Shown piece after piece: positions 31,693-40,587 of a stretch of 43,448 bases of DNA. Under the pieces are notes generated by a model that had not been told where the DNA came from, searched no databases, and saw nothing but the letters and a program-made list of their open reading frames with translations. Source of the stretch: a virus (taxonomy: Duplodnaviria; Caudoviricetes). The position numbers and the translations under genes were made by a program. Numbering within the stretch: position 1 is the first letter of the stretch; each line of letters starts with the position of its first letter. The stretch lies in IMG/VR virus record IMGVR_UViG_3300035675_000013, positions 1 to 43,448 of that record, one strand, 5' to 3'.

Positions 31693-33858
31693 CTACCAGC
31701 CTTCCCCAGCGTAATACAACGCTACAGTAGACCCAAATTGCGAGGCAGCTTGCTGCGGAGGAACCTTTGCGAGTGTGCCGTCTGCAACCAAACTATTGAG
31801 GGTATCAACGATAGCTTTGTTGGCCCCCCGGTGGTCTTGCTGAAATGGTGCGAGCCGCTGCAACCGACGTGCGAAGTAGCTGTACGGTGCGATAGGTACC
31901 TCTAACAGCGCTCGTGGTATCTTGTACGTTACCGCACGTTGCTTCGGAGACATCCCGAGGTATGCGGCGAAAGCTTCGCGAACCTCATGATTGAGCCTGT
32001 GGTCACCGACGCCAACCGATCCGCTAGTATAATGAGTGACCATGCCTTCAACATCGCGTGTCACAAAGTCAACTGCCCATTCGGCGTGCGTCGCAGTTAC
32101 CAGCGGATAGTGCTGATTTTCACCTACAGCTAATAGTGCAGCCAGCTTGAGTGCTTTTAGGTGCGCGCGATTCCACAATTGACGGTCTATCTCGCCGGAA
32201 GCGTCGTTAATAGCCGCGTCCGCCTTTGCGTCGAAAGAATTGAGCAACGTTTGGGCATCGTCCGCTATGGAAACAGGAAGGCACGTACGATTTTGCTGAC
32301 TTGCCAGAGCGACAGCTGCTAGCTGTGCAAAACGGTCTACGAGATCCTTCGGAGGTGGTGGTTGGTGCAAGTTGCGCGGGGGGCGCGGACCGCGATACTC
32401 TATCACAGAGAAACGCGGTATCAGTCCTGAGGCAACGTGGGTCGCGGATAGATTGTCGAAGAATGTTTCTGGTGTTGATTCGCCGAAGATTGTGACGGCA
32501 GGCGCCTGCACTTCTTTCACGTTCTTGTCACGGTCGGAATAAGCGACCGTGCGTAGTAGCTGCGCCCATCCTGATTTGGAATAGAGGTCAAGTAGCATCT
32601 GCCGCAAAGCCAATTCAGCAGAACTTGGCTGCGGGTCACAAATCTGTTGCAGAGTCAATCCAAATTCTCCAAGAAAAGAAACGAAGCAAGATTGATGTTC
32701 AAGCACCCGCGACAGACCTTGACCAGAAGCAAAGGTTCTTGGGCCAATGAAGGTGTCGATGCTGGGAACAATCTGGCGGACCGCTGTAACGAGCTTATCT
32801 ACACCTTGCGCGGCACCTTCCTTACCCGTTCCTGTGGGAGCCAACACGATGATGTATTGATTGAGACCTGTGCTGCTTATGTTGTAGCTTCGTCCGCTTA
32901 CCCCAGCCACAAGTGCGATGGCGCCGGCCAAAGCAATTTCCGGAACGGGCCTTACCGCGGTTGCATAGATGTAGTCTGCGATATCGCCTACGAGTCCGGG
33001 TGGCCGAGCAAATGCTTTGGCTTGATTGACCGGCAACGCAGCATTAATCGGACTAGTCAGCGCTGATAGGTCTACCGGTGGTATTTCTGTCGACCGCACC
33101 TTGCGTAGTGTACGCTCTAGGTAGTCATTGCGTGCAGCCTTTGCCCGATTGGCGAGCGCGGTCTGCCGGAACATGCGAATACACTGTTCATTACTCTTAC
33201 TGTAGAACGCCAGAATCGAAAGCAGAGCTTCATCGGCTTCTGACTGGCTCGGATATCCTAGCGCTTGCCAGTCCCCGTCGCACAAACCCACGAATTTGGA
33301 TGCATTCGCAGCAGTGCTTGCCATACGCCAAATATCGTCGTCAGCCAGGCTGGCCGATTGGTCGACAAAGGTTGAAGGCGCCGGGGGACGCATCTCACCT
33401 ACCAACTGCGTGAGCAATGCTTGCTTGTCCACAATAGCATTGTCTGCGGCGACATCGCCGGTGCAGATGATGTAGCGATCGCGCGAGTAGACCTCTACCG
33501 AATCGCGCTTGATTGCTTCTGACACAGAACCTCGGCACCAAATGTGAAAGCCGCGACCGTTGATTGAACGCTCTATGTACGTGTCAGAGAAGGCAGACAA
33601 GATGCGCGCATGCACGTCTTGCTGCTCGCGGGTGAGGTTCCCCTTGTCGTCAAGGTCAATGACTGTGTACGGATCATCAGCCGACAAGACAAAGCCGATC
33701 CACAACTGTGTGGATAGTGCTTGCTCGAAGGTTCCCCATGTCGATGCGTCTGTAGGACTTGCACGATAGCCTGTATGCGCATTGAGCGGCACTTTATCAG
33801 GCCGGCAACATACCCATTGAGGCAGTGCTTTCAACTCGGCGGGAATACGACTCCGCAT
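31693..33858 (-). CDS. Primase-polymerase / helicase (AEP PrimPol + NrS-1-like helical domain + DUF3987-like ATPase)
   Basis: IP.ELKALPQWV, IDLD, ERS.NGRGFHIW, EVYSRDRY, SQSEAD, Walker A APTGTGKE. Confidence 0.9.
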   Translation of the reverse strand: MRSRIPAELKALPQWVCCRPDKVPLNAHTGYRASPTDASTWGTFEQALSTQLWIGFVLSADDPYTVIDLDDKGNLTREQQDVHARILSAFSDTYIERSINGRGFHIWCRGSVSEAIKRDSVEVYSRDRYIICTGDVAADNAIVDKQALLTQLVGEMRPPAPSTFVDQSASLADDDIWRMASTAANASKFVGLCDGDWQALGYPSQSEADEALLSILAFYSKSNEQCIRMFRQTALANRAKAARNDYLERTLRKVRSTEIPPVDLSALTSPINAALPVNQAKAFARPPGLVGDIADYIYATAVRPVPEIALAGAIALVAGVSGRSYNISSTGLNQYIIVLAPTGTGKEGAAQGVDKLVTAVRQIVPSIDTFIGPRTFASGQGLSRVLEHQSCFVSFLGEFGLTLQQICDPQPSSAELALRQMLLDLYSKSGWAQLLRTVAYSDRDKNVKEVQAPAVTIFGESTPETFFDNLSATHVASGLIPRFSVIEYRGPRPPRNLHQPPPPKDLVDRFAQLAAVALASQQNRTCLPVSIADDAQTLLNSFDAKADAAINDASGEIDRQLWNRAHLKALKLAALLAVGENQHYPLVTATHAEWAVDFVTRDVEGMVTHYTSGSVGVGDHRLNHEVREAFAAYLGMSPKQRAVTYKIPRALLEVPIAPYSYFARRLQRLAPFQQDHRGANKAIVDTLNSLVADGTLAKVPPQQAASQFGSTVALYYAGEGW

Positions 33859-33862
33859 AGTG

Positions 33863-34099
33863 CTACCTCGCGAGTTGAAGAGGCGATCCTGTAAGGTACT
33901 CGTATAGTCGCTGAACTTTGCTTACACTGGGATTGCACATGCGTCCCGAGGAAAATGCAGCCAGCCAGCTGTAGCTCAGCTGTGTTGCTCGCGCGATACT
34001 AAATGTGGTCTCCTCAGATTCATGCAGCAAGTCAAATGTAAGACGGTGTAGGCTTCCAATCGAAGCGGACTCCGCAGGAAGATGTTTGTTTTGCGGCAT
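33863..34099 (-). CDS. XRE/Cro-type HTH regulator
   Basis: IARATQLSYSWL.AFSSG...NPSVSKVQRLYEYL; divergent from the early operon; ATG34099. Confidence 0.8.
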   Translation of the reverse strand: MPQNKHLPAESASIGSLHRLTFDLLHESEETTFSIARATQLSYSWLAAFSSGRMCNPSVSKVQRLYEYLTGSPLQLAR

Positions 34100-34105
34100 G
34101 GCGCG

Positions 34106-34134
34106 AGTATTGGAGAATTTCCGAGAGAAATCAA
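34106..34134 (-). promoter_or_regulatory. Leftward sigma70-like promoter
   Basis: TTGATT-17-AATACT, 6 nt before ATG34099. Confidence 0.5.
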
Positions 34135-34147
34135 CAGGATTTGGTTG

Positions 34148-34159
34148 CGAATATATTCG
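34148..34159. promoter_or_regulatory. Palindromic operator candidate between divergent promoters
   Basis: CGAATATATTCG, perfect palindrome. Confidence 0.5.
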
Positions 34160-34169
34160 TAGGAATATC

Positions 34170-34198
34170 TTGACAACCACTCCGGGATGTCTCAGAAT
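34170..34198 (+). promoter_or_regulatory. Rightward sigma70 early promoter
   Basis: TTGACA-17-CAGAAT. Confidence 0.7.
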
Positions 34199-34284
34199 GA
34201 ACCTTGTCAGGATTGAAAGCGTAAGTCGTCAGGGTGACCCCCGCGCCGCTTTCGAGTTTGGCAAACCCCAGCAACGGAGACAAA

Positions 34285-34569
34285 ATGAATACGTCACGCA
34301 CATCGTCAGTGGTTGACTCGAAGGCTGTCACGCTACACCGCAACGCCAACGGACATACGCGAAAGGATCCGAAGCTGGTCACGCCCTTGGCGAAGGACTT
34401 GGCGCGCGAGCGCAATCGCAAGCACAAGTCGCCTCGCCATACGCGTCCCAAGCCCAGCTATCGCGTTGTCTCGCAGATAGCTGACCATCGTACGGCTGTG
34501 GGCATCGACGGACGGCTATACACGTCGCACAAGACGCAGTCGGGTTGGTCGCACTGGGAGGCGGTGTAA
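34285..34569 (+). CDS. Basic hypothetical protein
   Basis: GGAGA RBS before ATG34285; first gene after the promoter. Confidence 0.7.
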   Translation: MNTSRTSSVVDSKAVTLHRNANGHTRKDPKLVTPLAKDLARERNRKHKSPRHTRPKPSYRVVSQIADHRTAVGIDGRLYTSHKTQSGWSHWEAV

Positions 34570-34570
34570 C

Positions 34571-34774
34571 ATGTTCACCATGGAGCTAGCTAGTCGGACA
34601 TTGACATCCTTGGCGCGCAGCTGCGAATACAGCGTGAATCGTACGCGAGGATTCGCTCACGCAGTATCTTGGAAACCAACGTCAGTTTGCGGTGCGGTAG
34701 TCTACTACGCTGACGGCACGACTGAGGTGTTCACAGTTGACGATTTGGCAAAGGAGGCGCGCGATGGCAACTAG
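34571..34774 (+). CDS. Hypothetical protein
   Basis: GGAGG RBS, tight packing. Confidence 0.6.
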   Translation: MFTMELASRTLTSLARSCEYSVNRTRGFAHAVSWKPTSVCGAVVYYADGTTEVFTVDDLAKEARDGN

Positions 34775-35054
34775 CGAAGCACCTCAGTTGACCCCACAAC
34801 AAATTGCACGTAACATAGCGGTTGCTGCTGGCTGCCGCATACGTGTGGCCGTATTAGCAAGTATTGAACTGGAGAAGAAGACAATCGCAGGCGGCACCGT
34901 CAGCGCAGTCGTCTCCCTGGAGACGCGTAATTTTGGCGGCTACGGTTTCAGTCCCAACGGTTGGACGCACAATCATTTCGCAAGTGCCAACGCGGCCATG
35001 GCAACGTTGCTCTGTGTCGCCGAGGCCATTTGGGACGCGTGCGAGGTAGCATGA
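34764..35054 (+). CDS. Hypothetical protein
   Basis: AAGGAGG RBS before ATG34764. Confidence 0.65.
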   Translation: MATSEAPQLTPQQIARNIAVAAGCRIRVAVLASIELEKKTIAGGTVSAVVSLETRNFGGYGFSPNGWTHNHFASANAAMATLLCVAEAIWDACEVA

Positions 35055-35470
35055 TGAAGTTGACCGCTAAGCAGCAAGCTGCACTAGCCAAGTGGAACAT
35101 AGCCCTGTGCGCTGTCGAAAGTGCAAAAAAGACGATCGAAGAAGAGAAACGAATCCGGAAAGAAACTTTCGCTGTATTCGGATTCCTCGCTGACGAACGT
35201 CAGCAAACGTTCGAATTGAGCGAAGGATGGGCGCTCAGGTACAAGACGCCGTACAAGCGCGAAATCGATCTCGCGGTGTTGGCCAGCCTGCATGCTCCGC
35301 TGCAAGCGCTGCGTGTATCGCTCGACAGCTTGGTCGAGTGGAAGCCGGTGCTCAAACTACGCGAGTACCACGAACTAACCGCCGAAGCACGTCAGGTATT
35401 CGACGCTTGTCTGACGACAACGCCTGGTTTGCCTACAATGGAGCTTGTACCGCCGAAGAAAAAAGGATAG
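35051..35470 (+). CDS. Conserved hypothetical phage protein
   Basis: GAGG RBS, ATGA overlap; WKP.LKLREY..LT......FD.CL...PG.P motif. Confidence 0.75.
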   Translation: MMKLTAKQQAALAKWNIALCAVESAKKTIEEEKRIRKETFAVFGFLADERQQTFELSEGWALRYKTPYKREIDLAVLASLHAPLQALRVSLDSLVEWKPVLKLREYHELTAEARQVFDACLTTTPGLPTMELVPPKKKG

Positions 35471-35471
35471 G

Positions 35472-35579
35472 ATGAAGTATCGAAAAACGTGCAAGAAGTG
35501 TGGACTCACTTGGTTTGCGGTAGCGCCAAAAGAGACTTGTCCAAATTGTCAACCTAAAACAACCGCTGTGCGGCGTTAA
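35472..35579 (+). CDS. 35-aa zinc-ribbon peptide
   Basis: MKYRKTCKKCG...CPNC; AGGA RBS; not in the ORF track. Confidence 0.55.
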   Translation: MKYRKTCKKCGLTWFAVAPKETCPNCQPKTTAVRR

Positions 35580-35595
35580 CAAGAATCAACGCAGT

Positions 35596-35796
35596 ATGAA
35601 ATACGACGAAACACTACAACTGTTAGACAAACCAACGCGAGTTCCGGGAGGTACTGACGATGCTGTTATAGGTTTCCCAGCAGAGGCCTACAACACGCAA
35701 GCGGCTAAGGTCACTCTGCGGTCCCTTATACAACCTTGGAAACAAGACGCTAATACTTGTGTTGGCCGGATATACGACTGGAGACCCAATGACTAG
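35596..35796 (+). CDS. Hypothetical protein
   Basis: Fills the gap and overlaps the next start. Confidence 0.5.
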   Translation: MKYDETLQLLDKPTRVPGGTDDAVIGFPAEAYNTQAAKVTLRSLIQPWKQDANTCVGRIYDWRPND

Positions 35797-36499
35797 ACCA
35801 CTGCCTGTAATTCCATTGATCCTAAGTGTACCGTCACGAGAGCCTAGGACCAATTTCGACCAATTTGGTTCGCGTTTCGATTGTGTATACCATATCTGCG
35901 ACACAGACCACTTAGGCGCAGCAGAGCAAACTCGCAGAGCTTTCATCATGGCAGATCGAGCCAACTATGCGCCTGGCAAACGTGGGGATAAGCGGCACCT
36001 ATTGTTTGCTGAGGATGATGTAATACTGCATCCTGAGCTACCAGACGCGATAGCGCGTCTATTGCAACCCGGAGCTTGGCCAGAGCACGTGGCGGTGATT
36101 TCTTTTTGCGACATGCGGGAAATGGATCCCGACTCACCCAATGGATTGTATACACGATCTGCACTAGGTTGTGACGGTCGTGGTTGGTGGGGAAATCAAT
36201 TGCTGTTAATTCACTACAGCATAGTGCACCAAGTGGCTGATTTAAATTGGTTTTCAACCTTCATCGAAAACTGTCGAGGAATTCGTGCCCACAAAGAAGC
36301 ATACGGTGACAATGGCCGAAATTGTTCGGATGTGCGCCTATCGCTATTGATCCACTACCATTGTGCGCCCAGAAACAGCTACGCAGTCCATGTGCCCTCG
36401 CTCGGCTTTCACATTGGAACAGCGTCAGCTTGCTTCCCCGATCGCCAACTCGGAATGGGTGAACGCTACACGCGCAACTGGCTGGGTAACAAGCCGTGA
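35789..36499 (+). CDS. Putative GT-A fold glycosyltransferase
   Basis: LLFAEDDV (DxD-type), SDVRL and VPSLGFHIG..S motifs. Confidence 0.6.
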   Translation: MTRPLPVIPLILSVPSREPRTNFDQFGSRFDCVYHICDTDHLGAAEQTRRAFIMADRANYAPGKRGDKRHLLFAEDDVILHPELPDAIARLLQPGAWPEHVAVISFCDMREMDPDSPNGLYTRSALGCDGRGWWGNQLLLIHYSIVHQVADLNWFSTFIENCRGIRAHKEAYGDNGRNCSDVRLSLLIHYHCAPRNSYAVHVPSLGFHIGTASACFPDRQLGMGERYTRNWLGNKP

Positions 36500-36714
36500 A
36501 ACAACCGTGCAATGACAAGCGCCACGTCGGCGCCCCAGCAAATGCTATTATTCAGTTGCAATGCGCGGAGTGCGGGAAGGTGTTCGCGCGATGTGCTGCA
36601 TGTGCCCAAGCCCGCAAAACAGCACTGAGCTTCGCGATGGCAGCTCACTGGCAGACGACACACGTGGGATTCTCGCGGCAACGAATTGGAAAGTATCAGT
36701 TCACTAAGGAGTAA
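36496..36714 (+). CDS. Zinc-finger-like hypothetical protein
   Basis: CAECG..CAAC...H....H; GTGA overlap. Confidence 0.6.
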   Translation: MKQPCNDKRHVGAPANAIIQLQCAECGKVFARCAACAQARKTALSFAMAAHWQTTHVGFSRQRIGKYQFTKE

Positions 36715-36716
36715 GC

Positions 36717-36950
36717 ATGCGAATCAAAATCAATGTTACACGTACAAGCGCTGTCTCAGCGGCGACACTTTTTCAAGCCAAAGTAGGTGAACATAGTTTG
36801 CTGTGCGGCTACGGCTCGAACGCATCCGAAGCAATTGGCGATCTACTCATCAGCTACCCAGAATTGTTCAATGTGAACATCCAAACGCCGTGGAAGCCGT
36901 ACGACTATGAAGATGCGCAGCCAACTCCTGAAGTTGAGACTACGAGATGA
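36717..36950 (+). CDS. Hypothetical protein
   Basis: AAGGAG RBS. Confidence 0.65.
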   Translation: MRIKINVTRTSAVSAATLFQAKVGEHSLLCGYGSNASEAIGDLLISYPELFNVNIQTPWKPYDYEDAQPTPEVETTR

Positions 36951-37210
36951 AAAAACACGGAACACACTGGAAGCCGGCAATATTGTACAAACGCACTGAG
37001 GAGTACACAGGGAAGAATCAACCGGTATACGCCGCAGTAACATTGCTACGTCAGGCGCTGGCCCAGAAAGCTCGTCTCGAATCGAATTTGCGCGAACTAT
37101 TCGCCAAACGACGAACCGACAAAATCGACATTTCCTGGGAGGTCACTTGGCTGTCTGGTGAACTGCGGGCAATCAAGAGACAGATCGTGCAACTGCAGGC
37201 ACAAGCATGA
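36947..37210 (+). CDS. Hypothetical coiled-coil protein
   Basis: ATGA overlaps at both ends. Confidence 0.65.
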   Translation: MKKHGTHWKPAILYKRTEEYTGKNQPVYAAVTLLRQALAQKARLESNLRELFAKRRTDKIDISWEVTWLSGELRAIKRQIVQLQAQA

Positions 37211-37899
37211 GCGATCTTGTTTGGACTACGACGCAGCAGCTTGCAGACGCGAACGGAGTTAAGCTGCTTGTGTACGGCAAAAGCGGTGTAGGCAAGACAC
37301 AACTCTGCGCGACCGCCCCCCGCCCAATCATTCTAGCTGCTGAGCCTCGTGTGCTATCCCTGCGCGGCTACGCTATTCCAGTCCAACGCGTTGAGAGCTT
37401 AGCAAAGCTCGCACAAGTCTACCAATGGTGCGCCTCCCCCACCAATTGGCCTCACTTCGATACGATTTGTATTGACTCTCTCACTGAGATCGCAGATGTA
37501 TTGCTTGCCGGCCTGAAAGTTGGGGCCAAGGATCAACGTGCCGTACAACGCGCATACGGAGACATGCTGGACCAGATGCTGGGGTGGGTACGAGCGTTCC
37601 GAGATTTGCCCAAGCACGTCTATATGAGTGCCAAGCAAGAACGTTCAAAGGACGAAGCGACAGGAATCATGCTGTACCAGCCTGCAATGCCTGGACAAAA
37701 ACTCGGGCCTCAGCTACCGTACATGTTTGATGAAGTGTTCGCGATGCGAATTGAGCGTGATGCCCAAGGGGCTCCCGTTCACTTTCTTCAGACGCACGCG
37801 GATTCGCAATATGACGGCAAAGACGTGTCAGGCCGCCTTGCCGTTTATGAACAGCCCGATTTGACCGCAATCATCCACAAGATTATTGGTCATGTTTGA
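37207..37899 (+). CDS. Sak4-like AAA_24 ATPase / ssDNA annealing protein
   Basis: LVYGKSGVGKT, ICIDSLTEIA, LPYMFDEVF and KDVSGRL..YE.PDL motifs. Confidence 0.9.
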   Translation: MSDLVWTTTQQLADANGVKLLVYGKSGVGKTQLCATAPRPIILAAEPRVLSLRGYAIPVQRVESLAKLAQVYQWCASPTNWPHFDTICIDSLTEIADVLLAGLKVGAKDQRAVQRAYGDMLDQMLGWVRAFRDLPKHVYMSAKQERSKDEATGIMLYQPAMPGQKLGPQLPYMFDEVFAMRIERDAQGAPVHFLQTHADSQYDGKDVSGRLAVYEQPDLTAIIHKIIGHV

Positions 37900-37987
37900 T
37901 CATTGGCTAGAAGATAGAACACCGTCTGAGCTACACACTTTTTCACATTGGGACAACGATACCACCACCGATAGGAGAACACAGACA

Positions 37988-38659
37988 ATGCAACTCTTTC
38001 AGCAACCATTTGACGCGCGTACTGTCAAACCCAACGAAGCTTTCGAGCCACTTCCCGAGGCTTGGTATATCGCGAACATCGCCAACAGCGAAGCGAAGCC
38101 GACAAAAGACAATGAGTCGGGCTACCTCCAATTGGAATTGGAGGTGATCGACGGTGACCACAAGGGGCGCAAGGTGTTTGACCTCTTGAACCTGTGGAAT
38201 AAGTCGGTGCAAGCCACCGAGATCGCGCATCGTCAGCTATCTGCGTACTGTCACGCGACGGGAGTGTTTGTTCTACAAGATTCGGCGCAATTGCACGGCA
38301 TTCCCTTCAAGGTCAAGTTGGGTATCCGCAAGGACGAGGGTTACGAGGCGCGCAACATCGTCAAAGCGGTGAAGCACATTCAAGATCCCACTCCGACCAC
38401 GCAGGCGGCGCCCTCTACGCCTGCTGTGCCTTTCGGCTTGAATCCTTCTCTACCTCCGCAGGCGCCTGTTGCTGCTACGCCACCGAACACGTTGGTGCCT
38501 TCGGTTCCGGTACAACAAGCATCCGCGCCACCTTGGGGCATCGCCCCTATGCAGCCGCAAGGCCAGCAACCTGCCGCCCCAGCGTGGTCGCCGCCCGCTC
38601 CGCAGCAAGCGACGCAACCGATCCCCGCCGCAGGTCCTGTGCCTCCATGGCGTAAGTAG
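37988..38659 (+). CDS. Single-stranded DNA-binding protein (DUF669-like)
   Basis: PLPEAWY, GYLQLELEV.DG.HKGRKVF..LNL motifs; Pro-rich tail ending PPWRK; AGGAG RBS; follows Sak4. Confidence 0.85.
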   Translation: MQLFQQPFDARTVKPNEAFEPLPEAWYIANIANSEAKPTKDNESGYLQLELEVIDGDHKGRKVFDLLNLWNKSVQATEIAHRQLSAYCHATGVFVLQDSAQLHGIPFKVKLGIRKDEGYEARNIVKAVKHIQDPTPTTQAAPSTPAVPFGLNPSLPPQAPVAATPPNTLVPSVPVQQASAPPWGIAPMQPQGQQPAAPAWSPPAPQQATQPIPAAGPVPPWRK

Positions 38660-38666
38660 CTTCTTT

Positions 38667-38735
38667 GCCCCGCGGCGATGCGCTCTTGTCTGCTGGGGTG
38701 CAAGCAAGCCGTGACATCGCTGCGGGGCTTTTTTT
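38667..38735 (+). terminator. Rho-independent terminator
   Basis: GCCCCGCGGCGATG / CATCGCTGCGGGGC stem followed by T7. Confidence 0.8.
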
Positions 38736-38766
38736 CGAGGTACGGCACCCACTACACCGGTGCCAA

Positions 38767-38826
38767 GGAGAGGCTGCTAGTTGGAAGTAGCGCAAATGCG
38801 GTTCGGTTCGAATCCGACCCTTTCCC
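38767..38826 (+). ncRNA. tRNA-like element lacking the anticodon arm
   Basis: 7-bp acceptor GGAGAGG/CCTTTCC; D stem GCTA/TAGC with loop GTTGGAAG; T arm TCGG-TTCGAAT-CCGA; only 9 nt between D and T arms; no encoded CCA. Confidence 0.65.
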
Positions 38827-38841
38827 CGAAAAGGAGACACA

Positions 38842-39042
38842 ATGCTAACTAAGAGTGAGAAACTTGTGTGGGCTTCGGCGTTTGCGGCACAGTTGCGCGA
38901 GGGCGGCCCAAACAACGTTCGCGACGCAGTTATGGCTGCGTTTGAAGCTGTTCAAGCTTTGAGGCTTGCGATTGTTCCCGCGGGAGAACGTGACTGGGCG
39001 CCAGCAAAGATGCTCGCCAGCATGCGCGAGGAAAAGCTGTGA
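38842..39042 (+). CDS. Hypothetical protein
   Basis: AAGGAG RBS. Confidence 0.75.
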   Translation: MLTKSEKLVWASAFAAQLREGGPNNVRDAVMAAFEAVQALRLAIVPAGERDWAPAKMLASMREEKL

Positions 39043-39224
39043 TCCCTTCCTGGACTGCTGCTTTTTCGGCGGACAATCCTGCTGTCACACTGTGGCGCCT
39101 TCTAAATGAAGATCGTAAGTCACTGGAAATGCTAGCCGCGCGCATTGGCGCCAAGCCTGAACTAGACGAAGATTCCTTCTTTCGCGTGGCGCATGCCTTG
39201 GAGCGCCCAAAGGAAACAGCATGA
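39039..39224 (+). CDS. Hypothetical protein
   Basis: GAGGA RBS; GTGA and ATGA overlaps. Confidence 0.65.
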   Translation: MIPSWTAAFSADNPAVTLWRLLNEDRKSLEMLAARIGAKPELDEDSFFRVAHALERPKETA

Positions 39225-40168
39225 TCCACATTGCACATAAGACGCTAGCTGCGATTGAGCGAGCGACTGAGGTTGACCAAGGAGCTAGGTTTCGTACCCT
39301 ACTCCGTCAGCTAATACCGCTTGCCGAAGATGCCTATCGCGGTGAGGAGTTTCCTTTTCGGACACATCTAGGCGCTTCGGTTATTGGCGAGGATTGCGCG
39401 CGGGCGTTGTGGTACGGCTTTCATTGGGCCGTAAAGCCGCGCCACAGTGATCGTATACTTCGACTGTTCAATCGCGGGCATCTTGAAGAACCGCGCTTTG
39501 CGGCCATGCTCGGCGCAGCTGGAATCAAACTGCACCAATACGGAACTGACAGAAAGCAATTCCAGATCGTCATGCATGGCGGTCACTTCGGAGGATCGCT
39601 CGATGGCGTTGCCGAGCAGATTCCTGATGTCGAAGGTCCTGTGCTGTGCGAATTCAAAACGCACGATCGCAAATCCTTCTACAAACTCGCCGGAGCCAAT
39701 TGGCTAGATTACCAGCGCGATCCTTCAAACAACGCCTGGCAGGGGGAAGGCGTTCGTACGTCCAAGTTTCGGCATTACGTGCAAATGCAAATGTACATGT
39801 CCGCATACCAGTTGAATAACGGTTTGTACATGGCAGTATGCAAAGACGACGACGCTCTGTATGGAGAGATCATCGCAGCTGACGCAGCTATTAGCAACAC
39901 ATTCGCCAATCGCGCAGCGAGCATCATCTTCGACCGTACTCCGCCGGCCAGAATCAAAAACGACCCCACATGGTGGCAATGCAGATTCTGTGACAAAGCG
40001 CTAGTCTGCTACAACAAAACCGAGGCCTCGCGCAACTGTCGAACATGTTCTTTCGTTGCCACAAATTCCGACGGCACATGGACGTGTGACAGGCACCAAA
40101 ACCGAATGCTAGACAAGCACGCACAGCTTGCCGGGTGTGCTCAGTACAGCGTGCAGCCGTGCCGCTGA
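39221..40168 (+). CDS. Cas4/RecB-like PD-(D/E)XK exonuclease with Fe-S/Zn cysteines
   Basis: HLGAS.IG..CAR.LWY, GSLDG, CEFKT, QMQMYM, CRFC.....C, CRTC. Confidence 0.9.
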   Translation: MIHIAHKTLAAIERATEVDQGARFRTLLRQLIPLAEDAYRGEEFPFRTHLGASVIGEDCARALWYGFHWAVKPRHSDRILRLFNRGHLEEPRFAAMLGAAGIKLHQYGTDRKQFQIVMHGGHFGGSLDGVAEQIPDVEGPVLCEFKTHDRKSFYKLAGANWLDYQRDPSNNAWQGEGVRTSKFRHYVQMQMYMSAYQLNNGLYMAVCKDDDALYGEIIAADAAISNTFANRAASIIFDRTPPARIKNDPTWWQCRFCDKALVCYNKTEASRNCRTCSFVATNSDGTWTCDRHQNRMLDKHAQLAGCAQYSVQPCR

Positions 40169-40312
40169 CAACAATCACAGGCCAGCCCAGTATGACGGTG
40201 AGTTTGTTGATTGCATTGCTGCGTACGAACGAAGCCGAATTCATTAGCCGCGAAGATTATCAACTCTGTCTCAAATGGATGCGTCCGAAAGATGTCAAAA
40301 AGAGGAGTCAAC

Positions 40313-40582
40313 GTGATTAGAGCAGTACTGACCACAATCATCGTCGCAATGTTCGTGACAACAGTCGAGGCGAAGCCTCGGCGACTGGTACGCATGCCTC
40401 CCGCAAAAATTGTGTGCGATGCTGCGTGCAAATCACGATTGCTATTTAACCGCACACTTGACGATCTGGTCTACGGTCGCCGCGTACTGTGCGGCTATCG
40501 AGAAGAGCAAGCGATCTACGTGCGCATGCCAGGCGAATCGGGAGAATGTATGCGGGTTGCTATCCCGCGCGATGTCGAGTAG
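40313..40582 (+). CDS. Small protein with a predicted signal peptide
   Basis: GAGGAG RBS, GTG start; MIRAVLTTIIVAMFVTTVEA|KP; four Cys. Confidence 0.65.
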   Translation: MIRAVLTTIIVAMFVTTVEAKPRRLVRMPPAKIVCDAACKSRLLFNRTLDDLVYGRRVLCGYREEQAIYVRMPGESGECMRVAIPRDVE

Positions 40583-40587
40583 CTACT

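Noticed and set aside
38767-38826. Canonical tRNA gene or attP site
   Set aside because: No anticodon arm or CCA, and no integrase was recognised
39221-40168. CRISPR-Cas system because of the Cas4-like gene
   Set aside because: No repeat-spacer array or other cas genes; it sits in a Sak4-SSB-helicase recombination module
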